This document shows, in pieces, positions 60,696 through 64,000 of a DNA stretch of 64,000 bases. The stretch comes from Blastocladiella emersonii ATCC 22665. Its lineage: Eukaryota; Fungi; Blastocladiomycota. The stretch is taken from positions 1 to 64,000 of the forward strand of contig JANHCV010000014.1 of assembly GCA_025594325.1 (NCBI GenBank), written 5' to 3'. Each line of letters begins with the position of its first letter. Position 1 is the first letter of the stretch. The position numbers and the translations under genes were made by a program. Below the pieces are notes generated by a model. That model saw nothing but the letters and a program-made list of their open reading frames with translations, made no database searches and had not been told where the DNA came from.

Positions 60696-60763
60696 GCGCG
60701 CCGTGTTCGCGTTCGAGAGTTGGGATCGTACAATACATATTTTTCATTCGATACGCACGCCAT

Positions 60764-62497
60764 TCACGAGAGCAGGAACGCGCAGTTCTCGTAGTACATG
60801 AGCATCGGGTTCTCGCCCGACTTGGTCGTGGTGGCGCGCAGGTCGCCGTGCGCCTCGAGGAACCCGCGATGCGTCGCCACGCTCGCCGCGCCCTCTGCCT
60901 TGGGCGACTCGCGCAGCCACTGCGGGACTTCACGCTTGCCGCTGCCCGTCTGGATCGCGCGCATCCCCGCCTCCATCGCCGCGTCGACGTGGTACGCCGG
61001 GTGCATGACGGCGTCGTGCATGCGCTTGGCCAGCGCGAAATCGGTCGGGAAAAAGATATCAAAGAGCCCGGGCTGCACCAGGTACGTCGACACGGGCACC
61101 ATCGAGTTGCGGAACCGCGTCTGCACCACGGGCGCGTACCGGTCGCGCGCGCTCGTCGTGTCGGGCAGCGACGAAAAGTCGCTCAACACCGCGCGGTGGT
61201 TGGGGAGTGCTGCGCGCAGCGACTCGAACAGGGCGAGCAGGTTCGAAGGGACGAACGCGCGGCGCGACAGGTTCGGCGCGCCCGGGATCGTGGCCAGCAG
61301 CGCGGACCGCGCGAGCGTGGGCAGCGGGGAGGTCGCGAGCCACCACGGGTCGCGCGCGCCGGGCCCGCCGACGGACCCCGCGTCGTGCACGGACATCATG
61401 TGCAGGGCGCGCGCGAGCAGCGGGTCGGCCACGGGGAAGTACTCCTCGGCGTGGTCGTTGTAGTCGTCGGTGGCGACGACGCCGCGCAGCGGCGCGCGCG
61501 AGACCAGGTCCCACCGGACCACGTCGTGCGAGAGGTTGTCGATGACCTCGAGCGCCAGCACGAAGCACGGGTCCGGGTCGACGACGCCGTCCTTCCCGAG
61601 ATCGAGTGCGCTGGCGTTGACGATCGACACGCGGTCGGCGTGGCCGTGCTGCGCGGCGGTCGACCGCTGGATCGACGCCAGGTTGGCCGAGATCTCGACA
61701 ATGTGGTACTGCGCGGTGCGGTACACGTCCGGGTGGGTGTCGCGCACGTAGTCGAGCACGTTGGCCATGAGGGTGCCGTTACCGCCGCCGACCTCGTAGA
61801 TGACGAGCGGGCGGTTTGAGGAAGACTTGAGGTGCGCGCTGACGACGTGCTTGGCGATGGCGGCGCCGTACCACGGCTTGAACAGCTCGGTGGGCGTGTG
61901 CCAGATCTGGCGCGTCACATCGTCGACGACGGCGGCGCGCGCCTCGAGGTCGCGCTCAATCGCGTCGTACTGCTCGCCGACCGCGTTCATGAAGTCGAGC
62001 GTCGAGCTGAGCTGCGTGCAGTCGATGGGCCGCAGCATCTGGAAGATGCGTGCCTGTTTCGAGAAGTACCCGTAGTGCGGGTTGTACAGCGAGTTGTGGA
62101 TAAAGTCGCGCGACGACATGACGCTGCACACGGGCGGGGACGCCGTCGCCATGACCGAGTCCAGCGTGTGCTGCGTGTACTCGGCGCGCGGCGTCCGCGC
62201 CACGTCGCCCGGGCTCCCCGGCGGCACGTCGAAGCGCGTCAGCCGCGGCGGGTCGGCCGTCGCGGGGGATCGGGTGGTGGCGGTGGTGGGCGCTCGCTTC
62301 GGCTTCTTGGGCGGCGCGGCGCCCGCCTTGGTCGCGTAGCCGGCAGTCGAGGCGATCAGGGCGCGCCGGGCCGTTGCATGGTGTCGCGCGCCGAGGCGCA
62401 GGAGTGGGGCAGCTAACATTGCGAGTTTGTGGGGTGCGTGGAGGGAGGGCGGATCGGCGCGCGGGCGTTGCGAGGCAAACTTGTCTCCGCCGCTCAT
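60764..62497 (-). CDS. NDUFAF7: Mitochondrial SAM-dependent methyltransferase, MidA/NDUFAF7 family
   Basis: RDFIHNSLYNPHYGYF, WHTPTELFKPWY, IYEVGGGNGTL, ALEVIDNL and DIFFPTDF; presequence-like N-terminus. The start may be 62497 or 62419. Confidence 0.85.
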   Translation of the reverse strand: MSGGDKFASQRPRADPPSLHAPHKLAMLAAPLLRLGARHHATARRALIASTAGYATKAGAAPPKKPKRAPTTATTRSPATADPPRLTRFDVPPGSPGDVARTPRAEYTQHTLDSVMATASPPVCSVMSSRDFIHNSLYNPHYGYFSKQARIFQMLRPIDCTQLSSTLDFMNAVGEQYDAIERDLEARAAVVDDVTRQIWHTPTELFKPWYGAAIAKHVVSAHLKSSSNRPLVIYEVGGGNGTLMANVLDYVRDTHPDVYRTAQYHIVEISANLASIQRSTAAQHGHADRVSIVNASALDLGKDGVVDPDPCFVLALEVIDNLSHDVVRWDLVSRAPLRGVVATDDYNDHAEEYFPVADPLLARALHMMSVHDAGSVGGPGARDPWWLATSPLPTLARSALLATIPGAPNLSRRAFVPSNLLALFESLRAALPNHRAVLSDFSSLPDTTSARDRYAPVVQTRFRNSMVPVSTYLVQPGLFDIFFPTDFALAKRMHDAVMHPAYHVDAAMEAGMRAIQTGSGKREVPQWLRESPKAEGAASVATHRGFLEAHGDLRATTTKSGENPMLMYYENCAFLLS

Positions 62498-62613
62498 GTG
62501 ATGCTGTTGCTCAAGTCGGCGCGGCCCTCGCGCGCTCGGTCCTCGCGGTTCTCTCTCTCTCGCTCCCGAGATGCATGGAATGAATGAACATACGTCTATG
62601 TACACCTAGCGCT

Positions 62614-63423
62614 TCACGTCTGCTTCGCACCACTGGGCGCCGCCGCCGCGGCCCCGAGCACCGCGGCGGGATCGACGGCAATATCGTCCGTCTTGAGCTG
62701 GCGGTTAGCCTTCTTGCGGGGCTTGGGCGCGCTCTCGTTCTCGCGGAGATAGAACTGGCGCAGCATGAGGATCGCCTCGTCGCGCAGAAACCCGGACGCG
62801 CACTTGAGCTCGGGTAGCTGCCCGTCGGGCCCCGCCCCGCCGCCCGTCGGCATCGAGTGGACGGGGACCACGGACCCGCACCCGCCGAACCGGTCGTTGC
62901 CGCACCCAAAGTAGACGCGGCGCACGCCGAGCTGCCGCAGCGCCGACGCGCACATGACGCACGGCTCGACCGTCACGTACAGGTCGGTCGCCGCGAGGAG
63001 GGCGGCCAGGGCGGCGGCGGGGCCGGCGTGCGCTGGGTCGGCGCTCTTGGACCACTCCCACGACGGGCGCAGGCCGACGCGCTGCGCGATCTGGTCGAGC
63101 GCTACGAGCTCGGCGTGGCGCGAGGCCTACGCGGGACGACGGGGGTGTGTGAGTGGTGGGCACCGCGCGGGCACGCAAGGGTAGGACGCACGTTGGAGAA
63201 CTCGTTGGTGTAGTTGCGTCCGCGGCCGATCACCTCGCCGGCGTGCACAAAGACGCATCCGACGGGCACCTCGCCGACGTCGAGCGCCTCCTGCGCCTAC
63301 ACACACCGCCTAAACGCGTGAGCACGTGGGCCGCGAACTGACGCGTTCCCGCGCACACGGTGAGCGTACCAGGCGCAGCGCCTCGCGCATCCACTGCTCG
63401 TCGTACTCGGATTCGATCGCCAT
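62614..63423 (-). CDS. TAD2: tRNA adenosine-34 deaminase catalytic subunit, 3 exons
   Basis: WMREAL, EVPVGCVFV, RHAE, YVTVEPCVMC and FGCGNDRFGGCGSV; two canonical introns. Confidence 0.93.
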
Positions 63424-63958
63424 GTCACTACCCGCAATGGAACCGCCGCCGGTGCAACCGTCAGCTACAACCGCCCCTTCGCGCCCGCCGCCGCCCGCCG
63501 CGCACGTGTGCCCGATCCACGGCCCGCGCGCTTCGCGCTCCGAAGGCACCTCGCTGCGCCGCGCGCTCGCCGTGTGGGGCGCAGGGCTGTGTCTCGCCGC
63601 CGGCGTTTCCGCCGCCGGGTCGCCGCGGGCCACAGCAATTGCAGGCCGCGCGCTCGCCCCGCTCCTCCCCGCGGCGCGCAGCTGGTTCGCGCTCGGCAGC
63701 ATGACTGCGGGCGTCGCGGCGGTCCCGCTCCGGCTCGGCACGCTGTTCCGCGTCGCCGCGCAGTCGTGTGCGCGCGGCGCGGGCAAGCTCGCGTGGGTCC
63801 TGGTCGCGGCGCAGGCGGCGGTCGCGGACTACGACGCCGGCGAGTACCAGCTGTACCTCGACGAGTTGCAGGAGGAGTGGGATAACGCTGGGAACGAGGT
63901 GGAAGATGGGGACAGCGAGGATGAGAGCGGCGACGGCGATGGCGACGACGACGGGTGA
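63422..63958 (+). CDS. Small unknown protein with hydrophobic core and acidic tail
   Basis: Open frame with strong GC3 bias, hydrophobic segments (ALAVWGAGLCLAAGV; WFALGSMTAGVAAVPL) and a D/E-rich C-terminus. Confidence 0.55.
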   Translation: MSLPAMEPPPVQPSATTAPSRPPPPAAHVCPIHGPRASRSEGTSLRRALAVWGAGLCLAAGVSAAGSPRATAIAGRALAPLLPAARSWFALGSMTAGVAAVPLRLGTLFRVAAQSCARGAGKLAWVLVAAQAAVADYDAGEYQLYLDELQEEWDNAGNEVEDGDSEDESGDGDGDDDG

Positions 63959-64000
63959 GACGACTGTGCGCCGCCTCATCACATGATCCGTCGCCACCAT

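Noticed and set aside
1-64000. CRISPR arrays, tRNA/rRNA genes, telomeric repeats
   Set aside because: No repeat-spacer periodicity, cloverleaf, rRNA-like segment or telomeric tract was recognised by eye.

Overview
Eukaryotic, GC-rich, gene-dense DNA with short spliceosomal introns (donors mostly GTACGC/GTGCGT, branch GCTGAC/GCTAAC, acceptors YAG). An ARMC2-like ciliary gene, a TAF2-bromodomain fusion and ankyrin-like/LRR family members suggest a zoosporic fungus, possibly Blastocladiomycota (inference). Housekeeping genes include an RFC small subunit, RWD/GIR2, TAF2, dipeptidyl peptidase IV, a Ca2+/H+ exchanger, two MFS transporters, a GH5 glycolipid glucosidase, ANP32-like, RPT1, NDUFAF7-like and TAD2. 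Accessory material includes a lower-GC non-coding stretch at the start, a decayed non-LTR-type RT-RNase H element with no visible endonuclease (~4.0-10.6 kb), and LRR/ankyrin-like genes in lower-GC islands. The most notable locus is an intact 746-codon Fanzor1 (eukaryotic TnpB-like RNA-guided nuclease) ORF at 42565-44805. It has a full D-E-D RuvC triad and a Cys4 zinc finger, and is followed by a hairpin-rich ~200 nt candidate omegaRNA. It abuts a decayed F-box duplicate, and no transposase is nearby. The second highlight is an apparent AT-AC first intron in TAF2 with a U2-like 5' splice site. No CRISPR array, rRNA or tRNA was recognised.
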